DNA of 64,000 nucleotides from an uncultured Planctomycetia bacterium. GTDB lineage: Bacteria > Omnitrophota > Gorgyraeia > Duberdicusellales > 4484-171. The notes under the pieces were generated by a model that saw only the letters and a program-made list of their open reading frames with translations, did not search any database and had not been told where the DNA came from. A program made the position numbers and the translations under genes. Shown piece by piece: positions 11,529 through 19,100 of the stretch. Positions within the stretch are counted from its first letter, which is position 1. The number at the start of each line of letters is the position of its first letter. The stretch is from positions 298,840 through 362,839 of the forward strand of contig CAZVQU010000002.1 in NCBI GenBank assembly GCA_964629655.1. The letters are read 5' to 3'.

Positions 11529-12509
11529 TTATATTATTCCAGCAGCAATCAAATCCTGGATATCTAGCATCCCGGCAGGACGATAGTTCTTATCCACTAC
11601 TGGAACTTCATCAATCTTCTTTCTCTCCAAAATCTTTAAAGCCTCTGAAGCTAAGTCATCATCACAAACTACTATTGGACTCTTAGTCATGACCATCTTG
11701 ACTTTTTCCTTCAAAAGATGCGGATGTTTTTCTAAATTTCGGCGTAGATCTCCATCGGTAAATATCCCGGTCAATTTCTTACTCTTATTAACAACAGTTG
11801 CTGCTCCGGCATGAGCAGTTGTTATTTTTAAAATAACCTCTTTAACCAAGGCATTCTCGCTAACAATAGGATTAAATTTCCCCTTACGCATAATATCCTT
11901 AACCTTAAGCAGTAACCTCCGCCCTAAAGAACCCCGGGGATGGAAAAAAGCAAAATCCTTCTCTTTAAAACCCTTTATCTTCTGCAAAACTACTGATATC
12001 GCATCACATATTGCTAACATTGCCGTAGTAGAAGTAGTCGGAGCTAAACCTAGGGCACAGGCCTCCTTATCTACCTTAACGTTAACTACGCTGTCAGAAT
12101 AACAAGCAAGATTAGACTTGATGTTTCCGGTAATGGCAATTATTTTTGCTCCAATCTTCTTTATGAATGGAATCAAATTCTTTATCTCGTCAGTCTCCCC
12201 GCTATAAGAAAGAACTACCACTACATCGTCTTCACGTACACTACCTAAATCCCCATGGACTGCCTCAGCAGCATGAAGCCAAAACGATGAAGAACCGGTA
12301 GAAGAGAGAGTAGCTGAAAACTTCTGGCCGATGATTCCGGCCTTGCCCATGCCAGTTACCACAACTCTACCCTTACAACGAGAAATCGTATCAATTACCT
12401 TTAAAAAGCTCTTATTTAGATTACGGCCTAGATCATCAATGCCTTTTTTCTCTGTCTTAAGCACCTCTTTTGCCCATCTCACGATCTCTTTTTTGTTAAT
12501 CTTTTTCAT
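11529..12509 (-). CDS. kdsD: arabinose-5-phosphate isomerase (SIS + tandem CBS domains)
   Basis: 326 aa. SIS-domain motifs (VVVTGMGKAG, SYSGET) followed by CBS-pair-like C-terminus. Confidence 0.85.
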   Translation of the reverse strand: MKKINKKEIVRWAKEVLKTEKKGIDDLGRNLNKSFLKVIDTISRCKGRVVVTGMGKAGIIGQKFSATLSSTGSSSFWLHAAEAVHGDLGSVREDDVVVVLSYSGETDEIKNLIPFIKKIGAKIIAITGNIKSNLACYSDSVVNVKVDKEACALGLAPTTSTTAMLAICDAISVVLQKIKGFKEKDFAFFHPRGSLGRRLLLKVKDIMRKGKFNPIVSENALVKEVILKITTAHAGAATVVNKSKKLTGIFTDGDLRRNLEKHPHLLKEKVKMVMTKSPIVVCDDDLASEALKILERKKIDEVPVVDKNYRPAGMLDIQDLIAAGII

Positions 12510-13293
12510 TTACTGCCTCTCTTATCTTTAGAATACTCTTAACCAAACCTTTAAGCTTAGCCAAGGGTAAAGAAGTATAAGCATCTGATAAAGCCTGAGA
12601 AGGCTTCGGATGCACCTCCATAAACAAGCCATCTACACCGCAAGCTACTGCCGCTCTCGCTAAAGCTGGAGCAAACTCTCTATCTCCTCCTGAGACCCCT
12701 CCCTTTGCTGAAGGACTTTGCAGGGAATGAGTAACATCATAAATTACTGGGTATCCACATTTTTTCATAATTAAAAAAGAACGAAAGTCAACAACTAGAC
12801 TATTATAACCAAAGCAACTCCCTCTCTCGGTAATAATAATCTTTTTATTCCCTGTTGCCTCGACCTTATCAACTACATATTTAATATCGGCAGGAGAAAC
12901 AAATTGACCTTTCTTAATATTTATCATCTTCTTAGTCTTTGCCGCCTCCAAAATTAAATCGGTTTGACGACAGAGAAAAGCCGGTATTTGAATTATATCA
13001 AGAACATCCCTAACATCTTTTATCTGACTAACACAATGTATATCACTTAAAATCGGAATTCCTAGCTTGGACTTGACCTCTCCCAATATCTTAATTCCCT
13101 TAGCTAGACCTACTCCTCGAGGAGATTTAATTGAAGTGCGATTAGCCTTATCAAAACTAGCCTTAAAGATAAACCGTACAGGAAGAGTTGAAAATAAATC
13201 CTTCAAATAAGAAGCAATATCCATTGTTTGACTCTTATTCTCAATCACACAAGGACCAGCGATAAAAATCAACTCTTCTCCTGATTTAGGCAT
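12496..13293 (-). CDS. kdsA: 2-dehydro-3-deoxyphosphooctonate aldolase (Kdo-8-phosphate synthase)
   Basis: 265 aa. KdsA/DAHP-synthase-like TIM barrel motifs (IAGPCVIE, KASFDKANRTS). Overlaps kdsD by 14 nt. Confidence 0.9.
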   Translation of the reverse strand: MPKSGEELIFIAGPCVIENKSQTMDIASYLKDLFSTLPVRFIFKASFDKANRTSIKSPRGVGLAKGIKILGEVKSKLGIPILSDIHCVSQIKDVRDVLDIIQIPAFLCRQTDLILEAAKTKKMINIKKGQFVSPADIKYVVDKVEATGNKKIIITERGSCFGYNSLVVDFRSFLIMKKCGYPVIYDVTHSLQSPSAKGGVSGGDREFAPALARAAVACGVDGLFMEVHPKPSQALSDAYTSLPLAKLKGLVKSILKIREAVNEKD

Positions 13294-13310
13294 ATTAAAT
13301 CCTCACTCTT

Positions 13311-14063
13311 CTAAGTATTGTCTCTCTGAACTAAAAGCCTCTCAGCCTTATAGAAATCCTCTTCGGTATCAACACCACAAGAATCAAATTGGGTTTCAAA
13401 AACTTTTATCTTGTAACCAGCCTCTAAGGCCCTTAGTTGTTCTAATTTTTCTGATCCTTCTAATGAGGATTCGGGAAGATTCTTAAAAGTATAAAGAAAA
13501 TCCTTGGTATAGGCATAAATTCCTAAGTGCTTATAGTATAGGCGTGGGCTGCTTTCGTCTCGATGAAAGGGAATTGGAAAACGAGAAAAATAAAGCGCAT
13601 CATCTTCCCGGGTAGTTACAACCTTGACAACATTAGGATTATTTATCTCACTCTCTTCATCGATCCTCTTCTTAGCTGTAGCCATAACTAACTCCTCATT
13701 CGAGAGCATTTCCTGAGCCAACCTATCAATTACTGAATGATGGATAAGCGGCTCATCAGCCTGGATATTTATAACAACTTTAACATTAATGTCTCTTACG
13801 GCTTCAGCTATTCTATCTGTACCTGAAGAATGCTCAAGAGATGTTAAGATAACCTCAGCCCCGAACTTTTCGGCTTCCTTCTTTATTTCAAGGTGGTCAC
13901 AAGCAATAATTAGCCTGTCTAGACTATGAGTGGCAGATGCATTCTCCCAAGTCCATTGCAACAAGCTCTTGCCACGAATCGTACGCAGAAGCTTATGGCT
14001 GAGCCTAGTTGATTCATACCGTGCCGGTATTACACCAATTACATTAAACTTAGTTTCCATCAA
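13311..14063 (-). CDS. kdsB: 3-deoxy-manno-octulosonate cytidylyltransferase (CMP-Kdo synthetase)
   Basis: 250 aa. N-terminal VIGVIPARYESTRL nucleotidyltransferase motif and IQADEP motif typical of KdsB. Confidence 0.9.
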   Translation of the reverse strand: MMETKFNVIGVIPARYESTRLSHKLLRTIRGKSLLQWTWENASATHSLDRLIIACDHLEIKKEAEKFGAEVILTSLEHSSGTDRIAEAVRDINVKVVINIQADEPLIHHSVIDRLAQEMLSNEELVMATAKKRIDEESEINNPNVVKVVTTREDDALYFSRFPIPFHRDESSPRLYYKHLGIYAYTKDFLYTFKNLPESSLEGSEKLEQLRALEAGYKIKVFETQFDSCGVDTEEDFYKAERLLVQRDNT

Positions 14064-15024
14064 TTGCCTTATTGAGCTCTTTTCTATTTACAGTTGCTGC
14101 TCCTAACTTACCGACTACAATTCCAGCAGCAAAATTCGCAATCATTGCCGCTTCTCTATAAGAGGCTCCGGCAGTCAGAGCTAAAGTAAAAGCAGAAATT
14201 ACTGTATCTCCGGCTCCGCTGACATCAAAAACCTCCAAGGCTGCTGTGGGAATATGATAATGGTCATTGCCGGAAAACAACATCATTCCATCTTCACCTA
14301 AGGTGATTAAAAGCGCCTTAGGGTTCAACTTCTTCATGATTATCTTGCCTAAGAAAAATAGCTGTTTCTTATTTCGTATCTTGATTCCGGCTGTAGCCTG
14401 GGCTTCCTTCAAATTAGGGGTAAGAGCAGTTACATTTTCATAGTAATCAAAGTGTTCCTCTTTGGGGTCAACAGTAATTACCTTCTTCTTCTTACGGCAC
14501 AAGTTTACTAACTCCTCAAGCAATAGAGGATTTATTACCCCTTTACCGTAATCTTCGACAATTACAGCATCAAAATCATCGAGGTTCTTCTTAATTTTAT
14601 TAAGAACCAGCTTATTTGTATTTGCCGAAAGAAATTCTAATGATTCCCAATCAACTCTTACCACTTGTTGATGGTGAGCAATTATTCTAGTCTTTAAGGT
14701 AGTCGGTCTCTTATTATCTCTAACAATCAAATCGGTAGAGATACCGCACTTACCAATAAGAGAAAATAAAGTTTTACCGAAATGATCCCTGCCAGTAACT
14801 CCGCAAAGACTCACCTTTGCCCCCATAGCGCTAAGGTTAAGGCCTACATTAGCAGCCCCTCCGGGAACGAAATTCTCCCGATTAGCCCAGACTACTGGAA
14901 CTGGAGCCTCTGGAGAAACCCGGTCAACGCTTCCAAAAATATGATGATCAAGAATCAAGTCTCCAACTACAAGGATTTTCTTATTCTTAAAACGAGAAGC
15001 GATATTTTTTAGCTTCTTCTTCAC
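14050..15024 (-). CDS. rfaE: D-beta-D-heptose 7-phosphate kinase (RfaE/HldE domain I, PfkB family carbohydrate kinase)
   Basis: 324 aa. PfkB ribokinase-like motifs (GGAANV..., DVSGAGDT). Starts on GTG with a GGGAGA RBS. LPS-core context. Confidence 0.8.
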   Translation of the reverse strand: MKKKLKNIASRFKNKKILVVGDLILDHHIFGSVDRVSPEAPVPVVWANRENFVPGGAANVGLNLSAMGAKVSLCGVTGRDHFGKTLFSLIGKCGISTDLIVRDNKRPTTLKTRIIAHHQQVVRVDWESLEFLSANTNKLVLNKIKKNLDDFDAVIVEDYGKGVINPLLLEELVNLCRKKKKVITVDPKEEHFDYYENVTALTPNLKEAQATAGIKIRNKKQLFFLGKIIMKKLNPKALLITLGEDGMMLFSGNDHYHIPTAALEVFDVSGAGDTVISAFTLALTAGASYREAAMIANFAAGIVVGKLGAATVNRKELNKAIDGN

Positions 15025-15074
15025 TGCTTTCTCCCTTTAAAATCAAGCCCTAAAGCTGCCAATATAACCAAACA

Positions 15075-15083
15075 ATTATACCA
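15075..15083 (-). promoter_or_regulatory. candidate extended -10 promoter element (TGGTATAAT on minus strand) upstream of rfaE
   Basis: Minus-strand TGGTATAAT (TGn + TATAAT) lies ~50 nt upstream of the rfaE GTG start. No good -35. Sits in an AT-rich region 15025-15224. Confidence 0.35.
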
Positions 15084-15224
15084 TTCTAATAGAAAAAATC
15101 TACAATAAAACTATATATTACTATATATATAATATGTACTGGTTTTAAAGGCTAAAATCGGTTGGACCAAGCTTAACCGCTAAAAAATAGCAGCTACCGG
15201 AAATCTGATTGTCGACGGAAAATA

Positions 15225-15389
15225 GAGGAATCCTTTAAGTGTAAATTCAATACTCCTTATTTATCAACATACAATACCAAAAGCTTTTTATGCGCCATAA
15301 TTTTAGCTGTACATTTTTTAGATTTAGTGACACATGAATGAGAATGTTTTGGAATTGGGCGGACACAGTTTAAGCACACACTTTGCCAT
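15225..15389 (-). repeat. repeat unit copy 1: small ORF + spacer + conserved 46-nt block
   Basis: Block 15225-15270 (plus: gaggaatcctttaagtgtaaattcaatactccttatttatcaacat) is 43/46 identical to 17355-17400. The 21-codon ORF at 15324-15389 is paralogous to the one at 17455-17526. Confidence 0.8.
15324..15389 (-). CDS. small ORF, 21 aa: MAKCVLKLCPPNSKTFSFMCH (conserved-motif peptide, paralog 1)
   Basis: Hand-translated from the reverse complement. ATG at 15389..15387, TAA at 15326..15324. It begins 33 nt downstream of the methyltransferase stop on the same strand. It shares K-L-C-P-x-N-x-K-T and a C-terminal H with the 17455..17526 ORF, with synonymous differences in the conserved codons (TGT/TGC, CCG/CCA, AAT/AAC). 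The RBS is weak: GAGAGG abuts the ATG. Confidence 0.45.
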   Translation of the reverse strand: MAKCVLKLCPPNSKTFSFMCH

Positions 15390-15422
15390 CCTCTCTAAAA
15401 GGAAGTATTTTGTAATGTAAGT

Positions 15423-16022
15423 TTAGTGGTAAGCTATTGCTATTTTCTGATAATCAGATTTATGTATGCCGACCTCAAAACCCTTGATTGTGAGGTAAGC
15501 TACTGCGACACCTAGCTTATCTTTCGGAAACACATGCTCTCTTCCTTCACTTTTGTGAATTCTTTCGATAAGCTTAAAACCTTCTTCAGTGAAATCGCTT
15601 AAGACAATCTTACCATTTTCTGAAAGAACTCTTGTCATTTCGTCTACAATTTTTTCCAAGCAAGACAAATGATGTAACGTGTTAATAGAAAAAATTGTGT
15701 CGAAAGCACCATCTTTAAAGCTTAAGTTCTCGGCATTCTCTATTTTAAAATCGACAGAATTTTCAATATCCAGGTACTTTATGTTAGACATTGCATAATT
15801 CTGCTCCTCTTCTGAAATATCAATGCTTGTTAGGCGACAACCTTTTTTAGCAAGCTGAATAGTAAAATATCCCTTACCAGTCCCTACCTCCAGAATCCTT
15901 CCGTTAATCGGTTTTGCTTTGTTAAAAATAAACTCTCTCTCTTCCTCTATGTCATAGCCAAAGCTCTTGTACAGCTTGATTCTCTCTAGGTAGTACTCAT
16001 AGCTATCAGCCACCTTATTCAT
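15423..16022 (-). CDS. class I SAM-dependent methyltransferase (Methyltransf_11/UbiE-like)
   Basis: 199 aa. Motif I ILEVGTGKGYFT, with downstream acidic and DGAFD motifs of Rossmann-fold MTases. Confidence 0.8.
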   Translation of the reverse strand: MNKVADSYEYYLERIKLYKSFGYDIEEEREFIFNKAKPINGRILEVGTGKGYFTIQLAKKGCRLTSIDISEEEQNYAMSNIKYLDIENSVDFKIENAENLSFKDGAFDTIFSINTLHHLSCLEKIVDEMTRVLSENGKIVLSDFTEEGFKLIERIHKSEGREHVFPKDKLGVAVAYLTIKGFEVGIHKSDYQKIAIAYH

Positions 16023-16054
16023 AAATTACCATTAATAGCATTAGTTGTAGTCGT

Positions 16055-16378
16055 TTAGAATGTAACAACCTTGTCGCTTTCCTTTATAATATCATACATA
16101 TCATTCATCGTGGAAATAGGGCACATTTCAGACACTTCTTGCTCCCTGGACTTAATACATGTTCCACAAGCATAGATTTTACCACCCGATTGCATAAGCT
16201 CTTCTACCTGTTTAATCGTATCGAACTTCTTGGTGCCAATCTTTTGGTATTCTACCCCTTTGCCCATAAAGAAAACCTTAACTTCGTCGCCATATTTTAA
16301 ACAAAATCTGGCATAGCGTAAAGCATTCCAGCAAGTTTCTGGATCATCGGATGAAATAATGACCCCTATCTTTCCCAT
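16055..16378 (-). CDS. DsrE/DsrF-like family small protein
   Basis: 107 aa. Begins MGKIGVIISSDDPE and has the CGTC motif of a DsrE-like fold. Strong RBS AAGGAGG 6 nt upstream. The call is from memory of the family pattern. Confidence 0.55.
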   Translation of the reverse strand: MGKIGVIISSDDPETCWNALRYARFCLKYGDEVKVFFMGKGVEYQKIGTKKFDTIKQVEELMQSGGKIYACGTCIKSREQEVSEMCPISTMNDMYDIIKESDKVVTF

Positions 16379-16390
16379 AGAAACCTCCTT

Positions 16391-16756
16391 TTAATGGCAA
16401 CCATGATCTACGCAAGCGTTGTCCACGGTGATTTCTTCTAATTTGCCTTGTTCATAACTCTCAATTATCTCATGGCCAACCTTAGCGCTCACCCTATAGG
16501 CCCTGATTCCGCTTTCGTTGAGTTTTTGAACAGCTCGTGCCCCCATTCCTCTGCAAACAACAGCATTAATAGTTTGGTTCTCTAATACTTTCAAAGGGTG
16601 ACACATCCCGTGCATATGATTCTTATCGCTATTATCTATAATCTCAAAATTCTTAGCTTCAGTATCATAAATAAGAAAATGTGCTGCGCTGCCAAAATGA
16701 TCAAATACTTTTGATTTTAGACCTTCATTGGTTTCTATTGGCATGCATATTTTCAT
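16391..16756 (-). CDS. NifX/NifB-like dinitrogenase iron-molybdenum cofactor family protein (PF02579-like)
   Basis: Likely start at the MKICMPIET methionine: ATG 16756..16754 overlaps the upstream gene's stop (TGATG), implying translational coupling. The track's ORF 16391..16774 has 6 extra codons. Family-typical small protein motifs (HFG.A..F.I.D, CRGMGARA). Confidence 0.7.
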   Translation of the reverse strand: MKICMPIETNEGLKSKVFDHFGSAAHFLIYDTEAKNFEIIDNSDKNHMHGMCHPLKVLENQTINAVVCRGMGARAVQKLNESGIRAYRVSAKVGHEIIESYEQGKLEEITVDNACVDHGCH

Positions 16757-17229
16757 CAGACTATCCTCCCGCATATACCTCTGCCACGCCCCACACCTCT
16801 ACCTGCTCTTACCCAACCTTTACTTTCTGAGGCTCTATGGATATTTGTACTCTTACATTTTAGGCACCCATTAGGCCTACCCGAACCATATGGCAAACTC
16901 CACTCATTCTTGCAATCATAACAAACAAAATGTCTCTCCACCATTTTCACTACACCTCCTTCTATTTTTAATGCTTTGCCATTAACTAATGCATCTGCTA
17001 TTTTCTTATGTGCAGAAGAAATTATATTCCCAAAGGTCTGTCTTGAAACATTCATTTTTCTAGCACTATCCTCTTGATACTTATCTTCTAAATCAGCAAG
17101 GCGTACTGCCTCAAGTTCATCCATCGTAAGATTCACTTCCCTCAATGCGTCAGTCGGAATGCCTTTCGGCTTAAAATAATTAGAGTCAGGTCTACAACAC
17201 ACTTTTCTCGGCCTACACGGTCTTGGCAT
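16756..17229 (-). CDS. DUF134 (UPF0251) family predicted DNA-binding protein with extra C-terminal zinc ribbon and Gly/Arg-rich tail
   Basis: 157 aa. N-terminus MPRPCRPRKVCCRPDSNYFKPKGIP is the DUF134 hallmark. An HTH-like segment follows (QEDSARKMNVSRQTFGNIISSAHKK). The C-terminus adds CYDC...CLKC (a C-x2-C...C-x2-C ribbon) and ends GRGVGRGRGICGRIV. Confidence 0.75.
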   Translation of the reverse strand: MPRPCRPRKVCCRPDSNYFKPKGIPTDALREVNLTMDELEAVRLADLEDKYQEDSARKMNVSRQTFGNIISSAHKKIADALVNGKALKIEGGVVKMVERHFVCYDCKNEWSLPYGSGRPNGCLKCKSTNIHRASESKGWVRAGRGVGRGRGICGRIV

Positions 17230-17244
17230 ATGGCCCCCTTTGTA

Positions 17245-17264
17245 TTATTAGCATATGCTAATAA
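17245..17264. promoter_or_regulatory. perfect 20-bp palindrome TTATTAGCATATGCTAATAA (candidate operator) overlapping the -10/TSS of the DUF134-operon promoter
   Basis: Verified base by base: 17245-17264 equals its own reverse complement. It overlaps the predicted -10 (17261-17266) and lies ~20 nt upstream of the DUF134 start codon. Confidence 0.6.
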
Positions 17265-17289
17265 TAACATACTTCTATCTATATGTCAA
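17261..17289 (-). promoter_or_regulatory. sigma70-like promoter for the DUF134-NifX-DsrE-MTase operon (-35 TTGACA, 17-nt spacer, -10 TATTAT)
   Basis: On the minus strand the -35 TTGACA is at 17289..17284, followed by a 17-nt spacer and the -10 TATTAT at 17266..17261. The RBS AAAGGGGG precedes the ATG at 17229. Confidence 0.55.
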
Positions 17290-17354
17290 GATTTCAAAAA
17301 GATAAAACCCCCTGCTATAAAGTTCTATAATAGGGAAAATGGATGCGGAGGGGA

Positions 17355-17526
17355 GAGGATTCCTTTAGATGTAAATTCAATACTCCTTATTTATCAACAT
17401 ATTATCAAGAAAGCCCTTTATTAGCAAGAATTTTTACTGTGCGATTGTTTACATTTAGTGACGTTTGTATGCAGATGTTTTGATGTTGGATGGGCACAGT
17501 TTGGGCACAAACTGATATGCGCCCAT
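17355..17526 (-). repeat. repeat unit copy 2: small ORF + spacer + conserved 46-nt block
   Basis: Block 17355-17400 is 43/46 identical to 15225-15270. The spacer is ~60% identical. The ORF is paralogous to copy 1. The flanking GGAGGGGAGAGGATTC (17347-17362) recurs at 19082-19097. Confidence 0.8.
17455..17526 (-). CDS. small ORF, 23 aa: MGAYQFVPKLCPSNIKTSAYKRH (conserved-motif peptide, paralog 2)
   Basis: Hand-translated. ATG at 17526..17524, TAA at 17457..17455. RBS AAGGAG sits 11 nt upstream. It begins 36 nt downstream of the 92-aa membrane protein gene stop. An in-frame upstream TAA bounds the ORF. Confidence 0.45.
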   Translation of the reverse strand: MGAYQFVPKLCPSNIKTSAYKRH

Positions 17527-17562
17527 TATTTAAACTGCTCCTTTACGCTAGGGTGGGTGAAA
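17527..17562 (-). repeat. duplicated 5' leader segment (gtaaaggagcagtttaaata + GCTAGG-TG-G), copy A, upstream of small ORF 2
   Basis: 20/20 identical to 17849-17868, with partial similarity continuing ~15 nt. Carries the AAGGAG RBS. Confidence 0.7.
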
Positions 17563-17841
17563 CTACCCGACAATAAGAAGTATAAAACTAAGAATGAAGA
17601 TAGTTACTCCACCGTACTTCAAAAATTTACCTATTTTCACAGGTTTAAAGACTCGAATTGTTTTATCTGGTGATTCTTTATCAAGCTTTATGCCTAAATT
17701 AACAAAATAAATTCCAGCCATTAGCATAAAAATATTATTTATTTTCTCTGCAATCTTACCGCCCAATCTAAAATACCCTGCAATTACACCAATGATAGCA
17801 AGAATAATCATCAATCCAACCAACCTTTTCTTCTCCATCAT
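17563..17841 (-). CDS. small integral membrane protein (3 predicted TM helices), unknown function
   Basis: 92 aa. Hydrophobic segments LVGLMIILAIIGVIAGYF, IFMLMAGIYFVNLGI and GVTIFILSFILLIVG. Strong RBS AGGAGGAATG. Confidence 0.5.
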   Translation of the reverse strand: MMEKKRLVGLMIILAIIGVIAGYFRLGGKIAEKINNIFMLMAGIYFVNLGIKLDKESPDKTIRVFKPVKIGKFLKYGGVTIFILSFILLIVG

Positions 17842-17848
17842 TCCTCCT

Positions 17849-17895
17849 TATTTAAACTGCTCCTTTACTTTGAATCCGCTAGGTTGAGACTATTC
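17849..17895 (-). repeat. duplicated 5' leader segment, copy B, upstream of the 92-aa membrane protein gene
   Basis: Identical 20-mer tatttaaactgctcctttac (plus strand) plus similar flanking sequence, as in 17527-17562. Confidence 0.7.
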
Positions 17896-18345
17896 TACAG
17901 TCCTAAATAATATCTCCCTTATAATAAATATCTTCCCCTTGTCTAGCGGTTTACCTGGTTTAATCATTTCGACAGAAAATATACCTTGGCATATTTTATC
18001 TTTAATTTCAAACGATTTTAACCATACCTGACGAACCCTATTACTAAAATTAATCTTAGCTTCGTGTTCTATTATGAGACCCTGCTTAGACGAAGCAACT
18101 TTATACCTAATTCTACGAGGTAAATCTTTATTTAACAACTCTCCATCAATTTCAGCTTTAATAATATACTTACCTCTGGGAAGAGAAAATTCTATAGAAT
18201 CTTTATCTCCTGCAGCATTCGGTAGAATTAGCTCTGTTTTATGAAGTGATTGGTTATAATATGCTCTCCAGACACTTCTTGTGCCAAACAAAACTATAAT
18301 AATAGCTAATACAATAAAGATTCCTATATTTAGTTTCCGCATCAT
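17890..18345 (-). CDS. signal-anchored/secreted hypothetical protein
   Basis: The track ORF is 173 aa. The likely true start is MMRKLNIGIFIVLAIIIVLFG (ATGATG at 18345..18340) preceded by a G-rich RBS. The upstream 22 codons (MGHIKR...) fall in the duplicated 5' region. No family recognised. Confidence 0.5.
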   Translation of the reverse strand: MMRKLNIGIFIVLAIIIVLFGTRSVWRAYYNQSLHKTELILPNAAGDKDSIEFSLPRGKYIIKAEIDGELLNKDLPRRIRYKVASSKQGLIIEHEAKINFSNRVRQVWLKSFEIKDKICQGIFSVEMIKPGKPLDKGKIFIIREILFRTVE

Positions 18346-18436
18346 CCCCCCCCTATCTCTTCTTTCCCTTCCTATATTGTTTCCAACAATCATTCTTTTG
18401 ATATGACCCATATCATTTAAATTACTTCTTGCCCCT

Positions 18437-18907
18437 TTACTTCAGTTCTGCCAAACCTCTCTCACATCCTCTTTTCCAAGCCTCTGTAAATCTCAACGCA
18501 ATCGATTTTTCAAAATTCTCTCTTTCAAAACCATCGAAGGTCTCTATCGTAGCCTTGATTTCTTTGATTTGCTCGTTTAATATTAGGATTGCTTTTTTAA
18601 AATTTTCTTTTGCCTTATCTTTCATGCCCACTTCTTTATAAGCCCAACCTAGCCTAGCATAACTCATATAATAATTCTTATCTAACCCTACAGCTTTTTC
18701 GTAAGACTCAATGGCCTTATGCAAGTCTTTCGCTTCCATGTATGCCGTTCCCAAAAGGTCCCAAGACATAGGATTATCTGGCGCCCTTTCTATCCCTTTT
18801 TTAGCCCAATCCATAAGTGACCCTTCCTCTGCGTATAGGCTACAAGATAGCAGCACACTTAATCCTACGAAACATATTATTAAGAATAATATTTTCTTCT
18901 TCATCAT
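18437..18907 (-). CDS. TPR-repeat lipoprotein
   Basis: 156 aa. Signal peptide + lipobox-like LLSCSLYA. TPR-like repeats (AYMEAKDLHKAIESYEKAVGLD, ARLGWAYKEVGMKDKAKENFKKAI). Its 5' UTR/start (ATGATGAAG with AAGGAGGG RBS) is DNA-similar to that of 17890..18345. Confidence 0.55.
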   Translation of the reverse strand: MMKKKILFLIICFVGLSVLLSCSLYAEEGSLMDWAKKGIERAPDNPMSWDLLGTAYMEAKDLHKAIESYEKAVGLDKNYYMSYARLGWAYKEVGMKDKAKENFKKAILILNEQIKEIKATIETFDGFERENFEKSIALRFTEAWKRGCERGLAELK

Positions 18908-18974
18908 CCCTCCTTATCTTTTCTTCCCCTTCCTGTATTGTTTTAAACACTAAAAAACAGTATACCACCCGAAA

Positions 18975-19100
18975 GGCTACTTTGATAGGCACAAAATGGG
19001 CACAAGAAAGAATTATTTTTTTGATGAAGTTGTAACTGACTGTACAAGAAGATGTTGTGAAGGCAAAAAACAAAAACGGAGGGGAGAGGATTCTCCGCGA
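18975..19100 (-). repeat. degenerate third copy of the small-ORF repeat family (ORF remnant without start codon) plus GGAGGGGAGAGGATTC motif
   Basis: Plus-strand gataggcacaaaatgggcacaag (18984-19006) matches copy 2's gatgggcacagtttgggcacaa. On the minus strand it reads ...FFLVPILCLSK* with an in-frame TAA upstream and no ATG. Plus 19082-19097 is identical to 17347-17362. Confidence 0.55.
19063..19098 (-). terminator. candidate intrinsic terminator downstream of hemW
   Basis: Minus-strand RNA cggag-aatcctctccc-ctccg is followed by tttttgtttttt, 50-85 nt after the hemW stop. The stem is only 5 bp (GC-rich). Confidence 0.4.

Noticed and set aside
17458-17673. 71-aa plus-strand ORF (GTG start) across the repeat and the 92-aa gene
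   Set aside because: It overlaps the minus-strand membrane-protein gene and the conserved micro-ORF. Its composition is Cys/His-rich by chance of antisense reading. There is no RBS.
17890-18411. Upstream Met (MGHIKRMIVGNNIGRERRDRGG...) as start of the 173-aa protein
   Set aside because: Those 22 codons are the translated duplicated leader, which is also found non-coding upstream of 18437..18907. The internal ATGATG with a G-rich RBS followed by a signal-anchor is the more plausible start.
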